From the NCBI GenBank assembly GCA_040005555.1, contig JBDTYT010000001.1, positions 148-64,147 of the forward strand: a stretch of DNA of 64,000 nt, read 5' to 3'. A model generated the notes under the pieces. It ran no database searches. It was not told the DNA's origin and saw only the letters and a program-made list of their open reading frames with translations. The position numbers and the translations under genes are program-made. Positions 29,465 to 38,518 of this stretch are shown here, piece after piece; the first letter of the stretch is position 1; each line of letters opens with the position of its first letter. The stretch is from Actinomycetota bacterium. GTDB lineage: Bacteria; Actinomycetota; UBA4738; HRBIN12.

Positions 29465-30160
29465 ATGGTGAACGACTCCATCAAACCCGTGCTCGCAGCG
29501 GCGGCCGCCGTCGTCATCTTGGTTGGGGGGATCGTCCTCGTCGCGACCCTGTCCTCCGCTGGTGGCGCGCCCGACGTCGCGAGGATCCAGTGTGCGGCCG
29601 CGGGGCCGGTGGCCGAGGATCCGCAGGTTCGTCCGCAGCCGGACGGCGTGCATCTCGCGTTCGAGTCCGACGACGGGGCACAGCTCTACGACGTGCATGC
29701 TGCTGGATGGGCTGTCGGGACCTCGCTCGGGGGGCGCATCGTGCGGGGGGTTACAGAGACCGAGCTGTCCGTCCCACCCGGACGCATCGAGGTTCGGTGC
29801 GTCAACGACGTCGGGGGGTTCGACGCGAACGCGCCGAAGGCCGAGCTCACGGTCGTCGACCCCTCTCACCTGTGGGTCTCTCCCGAGCTCACCTGCGGGG
29901 CCACGAAGCATCTTCAGCTCGACGCCGGGCCGGCGCCCGATGCCCCCGATCCGGAGCAGCTCGCGCGCGCAACGCTGGGTGGTCTGGGCCCGGGAGATGC
30001 GCTCGTGAAGCCGGGGTATCCGGATACGGAGTGGCACGGAGACCTCTTGCTCGTCGTACGCGAAGAGAGCGCGATCGCAACGATCACTCAGTATTCCGAC
30101 GGAGGGCGATGGCGGGTGGACGTCGAGGTTTGCCCCGGGAACCATCTCGCGAGCGGGTGA
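29465..30160 (+). CDS. hypothetical membrane-anchored extracytoplasmic protein
   Basis: N-terminal TM (PVLAAAAAVVILVGGIVLVATL), then a ~200-aa domain with 4 Cys. Divergent from the modE-like/modABC operon. Confidence 0.5.
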   Translation: MVNDSIKPVLAAAAAVVILVGGIVLVATLSSAGGAPDVARIQCAAAGPVAEDPQVRPQPDGVHLAFESDDGAQLYDVHAAGWAVGTSLGGRIVRGVTETELSVPPGRIEVRCVNDVGGFDANAPKAELTVVDPSHLWVSPELTCGATKHLQLDAGPAPDAPDPEQLARATLGGLGPGDALVKPGYPDTEWHGDLLLVVREESAIATITQYSDGGRWRVDVEVCPGNHLASG

Positions 30161-30175
30161 TCACCCACCCGGTGT

Positions 30176-31153
30176 TCACACCGCGAAACGGACGTGCAGG
30201 ATGTCTCCTTCGCGCACCACGTAGTCCTTCCCCTCGACCCGCAGCAACCCTTTCGCGCGAGCGTGCTCCATCGAACCCGCCGCGACGAGGTCGTCGTGAG
30301 CGATCACCTCGGCGCGGATGAACCCTCGTTCGAGGTCGGTGTGGATCACCGCGGCGGCCTCCGGGGCTCGAGCGCCGCGACGGACCTCCCAGGCGCGGGT
30401 CTCGTCCTCGCCGGTCGTGAGGAACGTGATGAGGTCGAGCGCGCGGTAACACGCCGCGATGACCTTCTCGAGGCCCGGCTCGTGCACGCCGAACTCCTGC
30501 AGCAGCGACCGGGCTTCCTCGGCGTCCATCTCCGCGGTCTCGGCCTCGATCGACGCGTAGACCGCCACGGTCGACGCGGGCACGCCGTCCGGGACCGCCG
30601 TGCCCTCCTCGAGGTTCGCGACGAGGATCCATGGTTTGAGCGTGAGCGGCGCGATGCCGCGGAGCATCGCTCGGTCCTCGTCGGAGAGCCCGGCATCGCG
30701 AAGCGCGACCTCCGCCGAGAGCGAACCGTGGGCTCGCCGGAGGACGTCGACCTCCTGCGACGTTTTGCCTTTCGCGCGCTTCTCGGCCTTGTCGAGGGCC
30801 GACTCCACGACGGTGAGATCCGCGAGGATGAGATCGGTCGAGACGCTCTCGAGCTCACGAGCCGGCTGGGCGTCGGCGCCGAAACACCGCACGACGACGG
30901 CCAGCGCGTCGGTCTCGCGGAGCTTCGCGATCCCCTGTGCCGAGGACGTCCCGCCCGGCACGTCGACGAACCGCACCTGCGCGTGCACGGTCTTCTTCGA
31001 GCGCTCCATCTCCGTGAGGACGCCGAGCCGTGGATCGGGCACCGCCACGACCGCTTGGTTCGCCTGTCCGCCGTGCGCCCCTGCCCGGGTGATCGCGGTG
31101 AACAGCGTCGACTTCCCGCTGAACGGGACGCCGACCAGCCCGATGTCCTTCAC
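30176..31153 (-). CDS. ychF: YchF/Obg-family ribosome-binding ATPase (divergent)
   Basis: P-loop GVPFSGKST and a YchF C-terminal TGS-like domain (GARAPEAAAVIHTDLERGFIRAEVIAHDDLVAAGS...LRVEGKDYVVREGDILHVRF). GTG start. Confidence 0.7.
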   Translation of the reverse strand: MKDIGLVGVPFSGKSTLFTAITRAGAHGGQANQAVVAVPDPRLGVLTEMERSKKTVHAQVRFVDVPGGTSSAQGIAKLRETDALAVVVRCFGADAQPARELESVSTDLILADLTVVESALDKAEKRAKGKTSQEVDVLRRAHGSLSAEVALRDAGLSDEDRAMLRGIAPLTLKPWILVANLEEGTAVPDGVPASTVAVYASIEAETAEMDAEEARSLLQEFGVHEPGLEKVIAACYRALDLITFLTTGEDETRAWEVRRGARAPEAAAVIHTDLERGFIRAEVIAHDDLVAAGSMEHARAKGLLRVEGKDYVVREGDILHVRFAV

Positions 31154-31420
31154 GCTTGTCAGTCTACGGGGGACGCCTTTCGACCCTATGCGGCCCCGTG
31201 AGCCGCGTGTCGATACCCATCAAGAAGAGCGCGAGCGTCCACGCGGCGACCGGTCTCCTGACGCTCGACACGTCGTGGCCTGTGACCGGCACCGTCACCG
31301 ACAGTACGAGCTCGAATAGGACGCGACTCGGACGCGTCGACCGTCGTTTGGAGCCCCTCACCGGCGTCAACGAACTGCAGTTCGTCGATGACTGACTGCT
31401 CCCCCGAGCGAGAGTGAGCG

Positions 31421-31447
31421 AGGGCGGGGCCCGCGGCCCCGCCCTCG
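31421..31447 (-). terminator. GC-rich hairpin 29 nt downstream of sodN (putative intrinsic terminator, no U-tract)
   Basis: Perfect inverted repeat gagggcggggc-cgcgg-gccccgccctc: 11-bp stem with a 5-nt loop. Confidence 0.4.
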
Positions 31448-31475
31448 TGCTCGTTGCATGTCGCCGAGCGTATGA

Positions 31476-31880
31476 CTAGGCGGCCTTCGTCTCCCAGAAG
31501 ATCTTCGCGATCTCGTCGACGAGGTCGAGGAGCTTCTGTCCCTGCGCTGGGTCCTCGGACTTCTTCGCGGCCCCAGCCTCCTTCGTGGCGTTCCAGAACA
31601 GTTCATGGAGCGTCGGGTGCTTCTCGAGGTGTTCCGGTTTGAAGTAGTCGGTCCATAGCACCCAGAGATGCTCCTTCACCATGTTCGCGCGCTCCTCCTT
31701 GATCGCGATGGCGCGCTCGCGGAACACAGGGTCCTCGGAGCCCTGATACTTCTCCTGGCACCCCTTGACGGACTCGGCTTCGATGCGAGCTTGCGCCGGG
31801 TCGTACACACCGCACGGTAGGTCGCAGTGGGCGTGGACGAGACGCCTCGGCCTGAGCAAAGCTTCCAGCGTGGACACCAT
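31476..31880 (-). CDS. sodN: nickel-containing superoxide dismutase
   Basis: Ni-hook motif HCDLPCGVYDP at the processed N-terminus after a 14-aa propeptide; ~117-aa mature four-helix protein. Confidence 0.9.
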   Translation of the reverse strand: MVSTLEALLRPRRLVHAHCDLPCGVYDPAQARIEAESVKGCQEKYQGSEDPVFRERAIAIKEERANMVKEHLWVLWTDYFKPEHLEKHPTLHELFWNATKEAGAAKKSEDPAQGQKLLDLVDEIAKIFWETKAA

Positions 31881-31947
31881 GCCGCCTCCTTCTGACGAGG
31901 GTTCGGAACCTACCGGAAAAACCTATCACCGCCGTCGGAATGGGTTT

Positions 31948-32343
31948 TTGGCAACCTTGGCGGCAGCGGGGATCGGTGCGGGGATCGCGGTCACGTTCTT
32001 GCGCTGGCAACCCTTCCCGGTTGAGATCGAAGGCCCGAGCATGTCGCCGACGCTTGAGCCGGGAGACTGGGCATTGGCGGTCGGGGCCGGGCGACTCCGC
32101 CACGGCGATGTCGTGGTGATCGAGCATCCCACCCGACCCGGTTTCGAGGTGGTGAAGCGCATCCTCGCCCTGCCCGGCGAGCTCACCGCCGATGGGCTCC
32201 TGCGCTCCGACGAGTTCTGGGTCGAGGGCGACAACCGGGGAGCCTCGACCGACAGCCGGCAGTTCGGTCCGGTGACGCGCGACCGGGTCCAGGCTCGGAT
32301 CCGACTCGTCTACTGGCCTGTGTCGAGGCGCCGTATCCTCTGA
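31948..32343 (+). CDS. sodX: Ni-SOD maturation peptidase SodX (S26 signal-peptidase-like)
   Basis: S26 motifs (EGPSMSPTL, GDVVVIEHP, GDNRGASTDSR). Divergent from sodN. Start unresolved: in-frame TTG at 31948 chosen. Confidence 0.7.
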   Translation: MATLAAAGIGAGIAVTFLRWQPFPVEIEGPSMSPTLEPGDWALAVGAGRLRHGDVVVIEHPTRPGFEVVKRILALPGELTADGLLRSDEFWVEGDNRGASTDSRQFGPVTRDRVQARIRLVYWPVSRRRIL

Positions 32344-32345
32344 CC

Positions 32346-33797
32346 ATGTCGATGCGGCGAGCGAGTCTCGCGATCGTCGCGCTCGCCAGTGTTGCAGCCG
32401 TCGCGTGCACGGCACCGGAGAGCGCGCCCCGGAACGGTGCCCCGCCCACGTCAGCCCCTGGGGTCCACCCGTCGCAGACGGGGGACGGCCCCGGCGCGCA
32501 GGCGGATGCGATAGAGACCGAAGGCGAGCAGGACCGCATCGACCGCGTCGGCGTCGCTCCGGTTACCGGTCCCACCCGCTCGGAACCCGCGCCGGGTTGG
32601 GCCGGCTCGGTGCTCTTCGGCTCGGGGAACGACTGGGAGCCGGCCACGGCCGCTGATCCCGGAGCGCCCTACGTGTACATCCTCACGACGCGGTACAGCG
32701 GACCGGGACAGCTCCCGTGCGCGAGGTGCGACATCCCCGCGATCGCACTGAAGGTCTCGAGCGACGGAGGCTCGACGTTCGGCTCGGTCTCGTACCTGCC
32801 GGTGGACGATCCGGGAGGTCAGTACGACCCGCAGATCGAGACCGATGCGAGCGGGGATGTCTTCGCCGCTTGGATCGACGGCGACTTCCGGATCGTGTTC
32901 AGCCGCTCCTCCGACCACGGCGTGACGTGGACCGCTCCTGTCCGCGTCCACGATGGCGTGGGGTGGGGAGACCACCCCTGGCTCGGTGTCAGCACCGATG
33001 GGCAGGACGTCTATGTCGCGTTCAACCACAGCGACAGCTACATCGCGCAATCCCACGACGGGGGAGTGACCTGGGCCGCACCCATCAAGCTCAACCACCA
33101 GGATCGCTATCACTACGCGAACGGCCTCGTCGTCGCGCCGAACGGCAACGTGACGATCACGAACGCGAACTATCCCCGGAACGAGGGATACGCCGGGCCC
33201 GTGAAGATCCTGGCGTCTCGTTCGTCCGACGGAGGTGCCACGTGGGACACCACCGTCGTGGACGTGGTCGAGATCTCAGCCCCATGCCTCAACCACGGAT
33301 GCCCCCACAACCACTACGGGGGTCACGCCGCCCTCGCGGGTGACGCGGCTGGGAACCTGGTGATCGTGTACGACGGCTCTCGCGCCGAGGGCGGTGCGCA
33401 GTACATCTACGCGGCGCGCTCGACCGACGGGGGTGGCACCTGGACGGAGCCGCAACAGATCTCGCCCGGCGGCCGCGAGATCATAGCTACAGAGCCCGCG
33501 GCGGTCGGGAGCGGCGATTGCGACATCCGCGTCATCTGGCTGGACTCGCGCAGCGGCATCGAGCGGTGGAACACCTGGTTCCGCCGGAGCACCGACTGCG
33601 GCTTCACCTGGAGTGACGACGTACGGCTGTCCGACGCGGTCTCGGGACGCGGGTACGTGTTCGCTCGCGGTTTCGCCGCCGACTACGGCGATTACTCGGA
33701 GATCGCGGTCACGAGCACGGGGTCGACGTTCGCGGTGTGGGGCGAGGGGTTCAGTTACCACGGCCCGGGAGGTACGTGGTACAACCGGTCCGTCTGA
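32346..33797 (+). CDS. BNR/Asp-box repeat lipoprotein (sialidase-like beta-propeller)
   Basis: Lipobox VAAVACT and six or more SxDxGxTW repeats (SSDGGSTF, SSDHGVTW, SHDGGVTW, SSDGGATW, STDGGGTW, STDCGFTW). Begins 2 nt after the sodX stop. Confidence 0.75.
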   Translation: MSMRRASLAIVALASVAAVACTAPESAPRNGAPPTSAPGVHPSQTGDGPGAQADAIETEGEQDRIDRVGVAPVTGPTRSEPAPGWAGSVLFGSGNDWEPATAADPGAPYVYILTTRYSGPGQLPCARCDIPAIALKVSSDGGSTFGSVSYLPVDDPGGQYDPQIETDASGDVFAAWIDGDFRIVFSRSSDHGVTWTAPVRVHDGVGWGDHPWLGVSTDGQDVYVAFNHSDSYIAQSHDGGVTWAAPIKLNHQDRYHYANGLVVAPNGNVTITNANYPRNEGYAGPVKILASRSSDGGATWDTTVVDVVEISAPCLNHGCPHNHYGGHAALAGDAAGNLVIVYDGSRAEGGAQYIYAARSTDGGGTWTEPQQISPGGREIIATEPAAVGSGDCDIRVIWLDSRSGIERWNTWFRRSTDCGFTWSDDVRLSDAVSGRGYVFARGFAADYGDYSEIAVTSTGSTFAVWGEGFSYHGPGGTWYNRSV

Positions 33798-33809
33798 GCG
33801 GCCTGGTTC

Positions 33810-34847
33810 CTACGACTCGCACTCGACCCAGGCGTCGGGCTCGAGTCCGCCCGCACAGAGGTCCTGGCCCGCCCCGCCCAAGATCTGGTCTTTTCCCGTT
33901 CCGCCTCGCAGGAGGTCATCGTCATCACCGCCGTAGATGGCGTCCAGGCCGTCCCCACCACGGATGACGTCGGCGCCCGCGTGTCCGTGGATCGTGTCGT
34001 CGCCGCCGCCGGCGCTGATCGTGTTCGGCCCGTCGTCCCCCATGATGACATCGGCGAAGTCGGAGCCCTTCACGTTCTCGAACTCGGCCGCCGTGTCGGT
34101 GCCGGTTCCGGTCGCGGTTCCGGCCAGGAGGTCCACCTGCACACCGTCGGTCGAGTTCCTGAAGTCGAGCGTGTCGGTCCCCTCACCACCGCTGAGCACA
34201 TCGCCGCCGAGCCCACCGTCGACGAAGTCGTCTCCGTCGCCGCCGTTGAGCGTCAGTCCTCCGACCGTTGCCCCGGTGCCCTGGCCGCCCGCCGCTGACA
34301 GCTGGTCGTCGCCGCTACCACCGTCGATGGTGATCACTGGAGTGTTCGCGAGCACCACGTCGGCGTCGCCGAGCGCTTCGGCCGCGTTGAGGTTGATGCC
34401 GTCTGCACCGACCGTGATCGTGTCGTTCCCCGCGCTGCCGAGTACAGAGACCGTGCCGTTCTGACCGAGGTCCACCGACCACTCGATCTCGGAGTCCGCC
34501 GCGTCGGCCTCGGGCGTCTTGCCCGGCGAGAACGCTCCGCCCGAAAGATCGATCGTGAGCTGGTTGCCCTCACCGGTCCCGGTCACGGTGATCATGTCGG
34601 TGGTCGTCACGCTCGCGATGTCGGTGGTTACGGCATCGAGACAGGGCGCGCCGTCGACGGCGATCGTGTCGACCATTCGGGAAACGGTCGTCGATCCGGT
34701 GGGACCGAGGCTCACCGTCACCGTGGCCGAGGCGGCATCGAACACACAGGCGGTTGCCGCCGCGCTCGCGCGTTGGATCAGCAACACCGCGAGGACGGCC
34801 ATGATGGACGCCGGCACGATCACGCGACGAGCGGGGAAGCTGTGCAT
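33810..34847 (-). CDS. secreted calcium-binding protein with RTX/hemolysin-type repeats
   Basis: Signal peptide, then many GGxGxD nonapeptide-like repeats (GGSGDDQLSAAGG, GGDGDDFVDGGLGGD, GGEGTDTL, GGGDDTIHGHAGADVIRGGDGLDAIYGGDDDD). Confidence 0.75.
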   Translation of the reverse strand: MHSFPARRVIVPASIMAVLAVLLIQRASAAATACVFDAASATVTVSLGPTGSTTVSRMVDTIAVDGAPCLDAVTTDIASVTTTDMITVTGTGEGNQLTIDLSGGAFSPGKTPEADAADSEIEWSVDLGQNGTVSVLGSAGNDTITVGADGINLNAAEALGDADVVLANTPVITIDGGSGDDQLSAAGGQGTGATVGGLTLNGGDGDDFVDGGLGGDVLSGGEGTDTLDFRNSTDGVQVDLLAGTATGTGTDTAAEFENVKGSDFADVIMGDDGPNTISAGGGDDTIHGHAGADVIRGGDGLDAIYGGDDDDLLRGGTGKDQILGGAGQDLCAGGLEPDAWVECES

Positions 34848-35116
34848 GTCAGACCACCTTAGTCGTCCCTATCCATCGGAGCGAGAACCCTGCGGCTTGA
34901 CCGAGCGTGCCCGATCCGTGCTCGGGAACCGTCTTCCCCCTCCACGCCCGCCGAGGTACACTGTTGCACCTGCAATGATTCGGACACGCTGCCGTGGGCT
35001 CGTGGGGGCCATGATTCCCGACCGGTGCTGCTGTCCCGGGGTGCCCAGCGCCGGCTGATAGCCGTCGCAGGCACCGAGCGTCTCCCCCCTCACGACCGAT
35101 CTGGAGGTTCCCGCTG

Positions 35117-35347
35117 ATGGAAGTCATCACCCGCACCGTCGACGCTCGGGGCCAATCGTGCCCTGGGCCGCTCGTTACGCTCCATAAGGCGCTGAAGGGC
35201 GCAGCTCGCGGAGATCTCCTCGAGTTGCTCGCTACCGATCCCGGTTCGAAGTCCGACGTTCCGTCGTGGGCGAAGCTGTCCGGCAATGAGCTGCTGGAGG
35301 CCTCCGAGGACGCAGGCGTGTTCCACTACGTCGTTCGGAAGGCGTGA
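35117..35347 (+). CDS. tusA: TusA-like sulfurtransferase
   Basis: 76 aa with the conserved CPGP motif (DARGQSCPGPLVTLHKAL). Confidence 0.8.
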   Translation: MEVITRTVDARGQSCPGPLVTLHKALKGAARGDLLELLATDPGSKSDVPSWAKLSGNELLEASEDAGVFHYVVRKA

Positions 35348-35353
35348 GCTCCG

Positions 35354-35959
35354 GTGAGCGAGGAGATCACCTCAGCCGGAGCGAAGGTGGACACCGAGGC
35401 CGCACCATCCCCCGACGCCGACGCCCTGCGCGAGCTCATCGACCAGGCGCTCGTCGAGCGCGAACAGACGACCGGCTTCAATACGAAGAACAAGATCACG
35501 ATCGTCGCTTGGGACGGCCACCTCGATCGGATCTGGCCGGCGCTGATCCTGTCGACCACGGCCGCAGCTTCGGGCATGGAGGTGAGCGCGTTCTTCACGT
35601 TCTGGGGTCTGTTCGCGCTCGTGAAGCCCGAGAGGCGCCTCACCGGCAGGGACTGGATGACGAAGATGCTCTCGGTGATGAACCCCGGCGCCACGAAGCG
35701 CGCGAAGCTGTCCCGGTACAACTTCGCGGGCATGGGGCCGTGGATGCTCGGCAAGGTGGCCGAGGACTACAAGACCCCCCACCCCACCGAGCTCCTGGAG
35801 CTCGCGCAGGACATGGGTGTGCGGCTCATCCCGTGCCAGATGACGATGGACCTCATGGGCATCACGAAGGACGACATGATCGACGGACTCGAGGAACCGA
35901 TCGGGGCCGCAACCGCCCTCCTCGAGATGAAGGAGTCCGCGATCCAGCTCTTCATCTAG
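35354..35959 (+). CDS. DsrE/DsrF-like sulfur-relay family protein
   Basis: DsrE-like fold (KITIVAWDGHLDRIWPALILSTTAAASGMEVSAFFTFWG; conserved Cys in LIPCQMTMDL). Follows tusA by 6 nt. Confidence 0.6.
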   Translation: MSEEITSAGAKVDTEAAPSPDADALRELIDQALVEREQTTGFNTKNKITIVAWDGHLDRIWPALILSTTAAASGMEVSAFFTFWGLFALVKPERRLTGRDWMTKMLSVMNPGATKRAKLSRYNFAGMGPWMLGKVAEDYKTPHPTELLELAQDMGVRLIPCQMTMDLMGITKDDMIDGLEEPIGAATALLEMKESAIQLFI

Positions 35960-36100
35960 GAAGCATCCGGGCGCGCTCACGCGGCTGCGACGAGCGGGGT
36001 CCAAAGGTCGTAGCCCTCCCGTTCCGGGGAAATGCCTCTGCATGGCCATCGACCCCGAGGCCGAGCCTCCCGATAGCTAGCTGGACAAGGGAGGAACGAG

Positions 36101-36439
36101 ATGCAGGCTGCGCGGGTGAACGGGTTCGGCGAACTGGAGACCCTCGAGCGGGTCCCGGAGGCGGTCCCCATCGAGCCGCTCGAGGCGACGCCGCCGGAGC
36201 CCGAGTACCCGCTCGTCCTCGTCGAGTGGCACGACGCGTGGTTCGACTACGACCAGGCCGGTCCCGGGGACTGTCGTCCCGACTACCTCGTCCGCACCGT
36301 CGGGTTCCTCGTCGGCGAGACACCGAGGATCATCTCGCTCGCGCAGGAGATCCTGCCCGACGACGACGGCTTCCGGGCCGTGACGCACATCCCGGTCGCG
36401 ATCATCGAGCGCGTCCTTCCGCTCGCGGCCTCCTCCTGA
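36101..36439 (+). CDS. hypothetical protein
   Basis: 112-aa acidic ORF with an RBS (aagggagg) before the ATG; coding-like codon bias; no recognisable motif. Confidence 0.45.
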   Translation: MQAARVNGFGELETLERVPEAVPIEPLEATPPEPEYPLVLVEWHDAWFDYDQAGPGDCRPDYLVRTVGFLVGETPRIISLAQEILPDDDGFRAVTHIPVAIIERVLPLAASS

Positions 36440-36474
36440 CGGGAGCGACACCGATCTGAACGAGCCCTGACCTG

Positions 36475-37254
36475 CTACGTCCCGGTTTCAGAGAAGTGCA
36501 TGTAGTCCTTCATCGATGACCAATCCCCGCCCCATTTCCAGCCGATCGCAGCGAAGGCCCGGACCACGATGTCGCCCGCATGGATCATCCCGGGCAGGTC
36601 GAGCGTGCGGTCCCGGTAGATCTTCGCGGCCTTGTCCCTGACCCGCCCGTCGAGCGACACCTCCGGATTCTGGAGCGGGTTCACGTCGACGGCGAGCCCG
36701 TACGAATGCTGGGACAACGTCTGCGTGGGGCCGCTCGTCGTGATGGCCGGCCGGCAGTTGAACGAGGCGGTCACGCTCCGGTGCTGGCTCGGGTCGTCGT
36801 GCTTGGGCTTGTACTCCGTGGCGAGCGCCACCTGTTTCAAGGGGAAGCGGGCTTCGAAGAGCTGATGGAACACCGACAGGACGTCCTGGGCGACCGTGGC
36901 GTTCACCACCATCGGTCCGCGCTTGATCTCGCCGTCGAAACCGACGTAGTTGAAGCGCAACAACCGCAGATCCAAGATCGGGACCGGGCATCCCGGCTTC
37001 CAGGTCGCTCCCCGCATCTCGCCGGCGACCGCCCGAGGGATCGTCGAGATGCGTCCAGCGAAGTGTGTGCGGATCGGCTCGGACGTCGACAGCGGCTGCG
37101 TCGGCGCGACCGCCGATGGTGTGGTGGCACCCGGGAGCGGTGGAGGCATGGACCTCTCGGAGCCTGCCGGAGCGCCGGCACAGGCGGCCGCAACCAGGAC
37201 CGAGAGCAACGATGTCGCGACGCTGCGCCTCGAGAGCGCTCCTTGGTCTCTCAC
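36475..37254 (-). CDS. M15-family D-Ala-D-Ala carboxypeptidase-like lipoprotein (VanY/peptidase M15B)
   Basis: Lipobox LVAAAC after the GTG start at 37254. M15 hallmarks (SQHSYGLAVDVNP, MHFS). The ORF-track upstream extension would overlap adh. Confidence 0.7.
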   Translation of the reverse strand: MRDQGALSRRSVATSLLSVLVAAACAGAPAGSERSMPPPLPGATTPSAVAPTQPLSTSEPIRTHFAGRISTIPRAVAGEMRGATWKPGCPVPILDLRLLRFNYVGFDGEIKRGPMVVNATVAQDVLSVFHQLFEARFPLKQVALATEYKPKHDDPSQHRSVTASFNCRPAITTSGPTQTLSQHSYGLAVDVNPLQNPEVSLDGRVRDKAAKIYRDRTLDLPGMIHAGDIVVRAFAAIGWKWGGDWSSMKDYMHFSETGT

Positions 37255-37318
37255 CGTGACCGAACCTCGCTCATGATCTCCGAGTCTGCCACGCGATCTC
37301 TCGACCGCACGACGGGTC

Positions 37319-38440
37319 TCAGGCCGAAACGGTTCCCGCGTCGAAGACGATGACACGGCGGGCGCCCCGAGCGTCTCGGAGCGCGTCCATCGCTCGATTG
37401 ACGTCGTCCAGGCCGATGCGTTCCTCGATCAGCCGGCCGATGGGGAGCCGTCCGTCCAGGTAGAGCTGGGCGTAGAGCGGGAAGTCGCGAGCGCCGACGC
37501 TCCACCCGTACAGCGAGCCCACGATCTGCTTGCTGCGGTCGACGAGCCCGAAGATCTCGAACGATGCGCGGTCGCCCGTCGCGGGCAGGCCCACGAGCAC
37601 TACCGTGCCTCCAGCACCGACGGACGAGATGGCCAGCTCCGCCGCGGCGGATGCCCCGGCCGTCTCGAACGTGAAGTCCGCTCCGCCGCCGGTCAGCCGA
37701 TCGATCTGGCGGAGGGCCCGATCGCGGTCGGCGCCCGAGACCGCGTGCGAGGCGCCGATGTCGAGGGCGAGGTCGAGTTTGCCGGGGTCGAGATCGACCG
37801 CGACGATCGGGTTCGCCCCTCGCATCGCCGCGCCCATCACGGCTGACAGACCGACGCCCCCCAGGCCGATGACCGCTGCCGACGCCCCCGCGGGCAACCT
37901 CGCGGTGTTCACGACTGCTCCGATCCCGGTGCTCACGCAACACCCGATGAGCGCGGCGACCTCGGGCGGCGTCCCCTCGGGCAGGGCGACCGCCGCCTGG
38001 GCGGGGACCACCGTCCGCTCACCGAAGGTCCCGATCGACAGGTACGCGCGGACGTCCAAAGACTCGGACGTGTGCATCCTGGTCGTCCCGTCCATCTGGA
38101 GATGCTCGGCCGAGCGGCTACCTGTGCAGAGCCACTCGCGACCCTCGGCGCATCGTCGGCACGCCCGGCACGGGTAGTACCAGTTGAGCGCCACCAGTTG
38201 CCCGAGGCCCAACCCGGTCACGCCTTCCCCCAGGGTCTCGACCACACCGGCGCCCTCGTGGCCGAGCACGATCGGGTAGATCGGCCGCTCGCCCCAATCG
38301 CCGTCTGCCCGGTGGACGTCCGAGTGGCACACACCGCTCGCCAGCATGCGGACGGCAACCTCACCCGCCTTCGGCGGGTCGAGCTCCAGCTCCTCGATCC
38401 GCAGCGGTTCCTTGAGCCCGTGGAGGACGGCGGCTCGCAT
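37319..38440 (-). CDS. zinc-dependent alcohol dehydrogenase (class III / mycothiol-dependent formaldehyde dehydrogenase-like)
   Basis: GHEGAGVV zinc-ligand motif, structural Zn Cys cluster (CRACRRCAEGREWLC), Rossmann AVIGLGGVGLSAV. Confidence 0.85.
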   Translation of the reverse strand: MRAAVLHGLKEPLRIEELELDPPKAGEVAVRMLASGVCHSDVHRADGDWGERPIYPIVLGHEGAGVVETLGEGVTGLGLGQLVALNWYYPCRACRRCAEGREWLCTGSRSAEHLQMDGTTRMHTSESLDVRAYLSIGTFGERTVVPAQAAVALPEGTPPEVAALIGCCVSTGIGAVVNTARLPAGASAAVIGLGGVGLSAVMGAAMRGANPIVAVDLDPGKLDLALDIGASHAVSGADRDRALRQIDRLTGGGADFTFETAGASAAAELAISSVGAGGTVVLVGLPATGDRASFEIFGLVDRSKQIVGSLYGWSVGARDFPLYAQLYLDGRLPIGRLIEERIGLDDVNRAMDALRDARGARRVIVFDAGTVSA

Positions 38441-38518
38441 GGGGGAGGAATCCTAGGCGTTCGAGCAGCTCAGAGACGGTTCGTGACACTAATTAGCTTT
38501 CCTAAGTATCATGGAAGC

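Noticed and set aside
31156-31395. 79-aa plus-strand ORF and 68-aa minus-strand ORF in the sodN-ychF intergenic region
   Set aside because: No RBS, atypical composition and no motifs. The region reads better as 3'UTR/regulatory RNA, reported as a finding instead.
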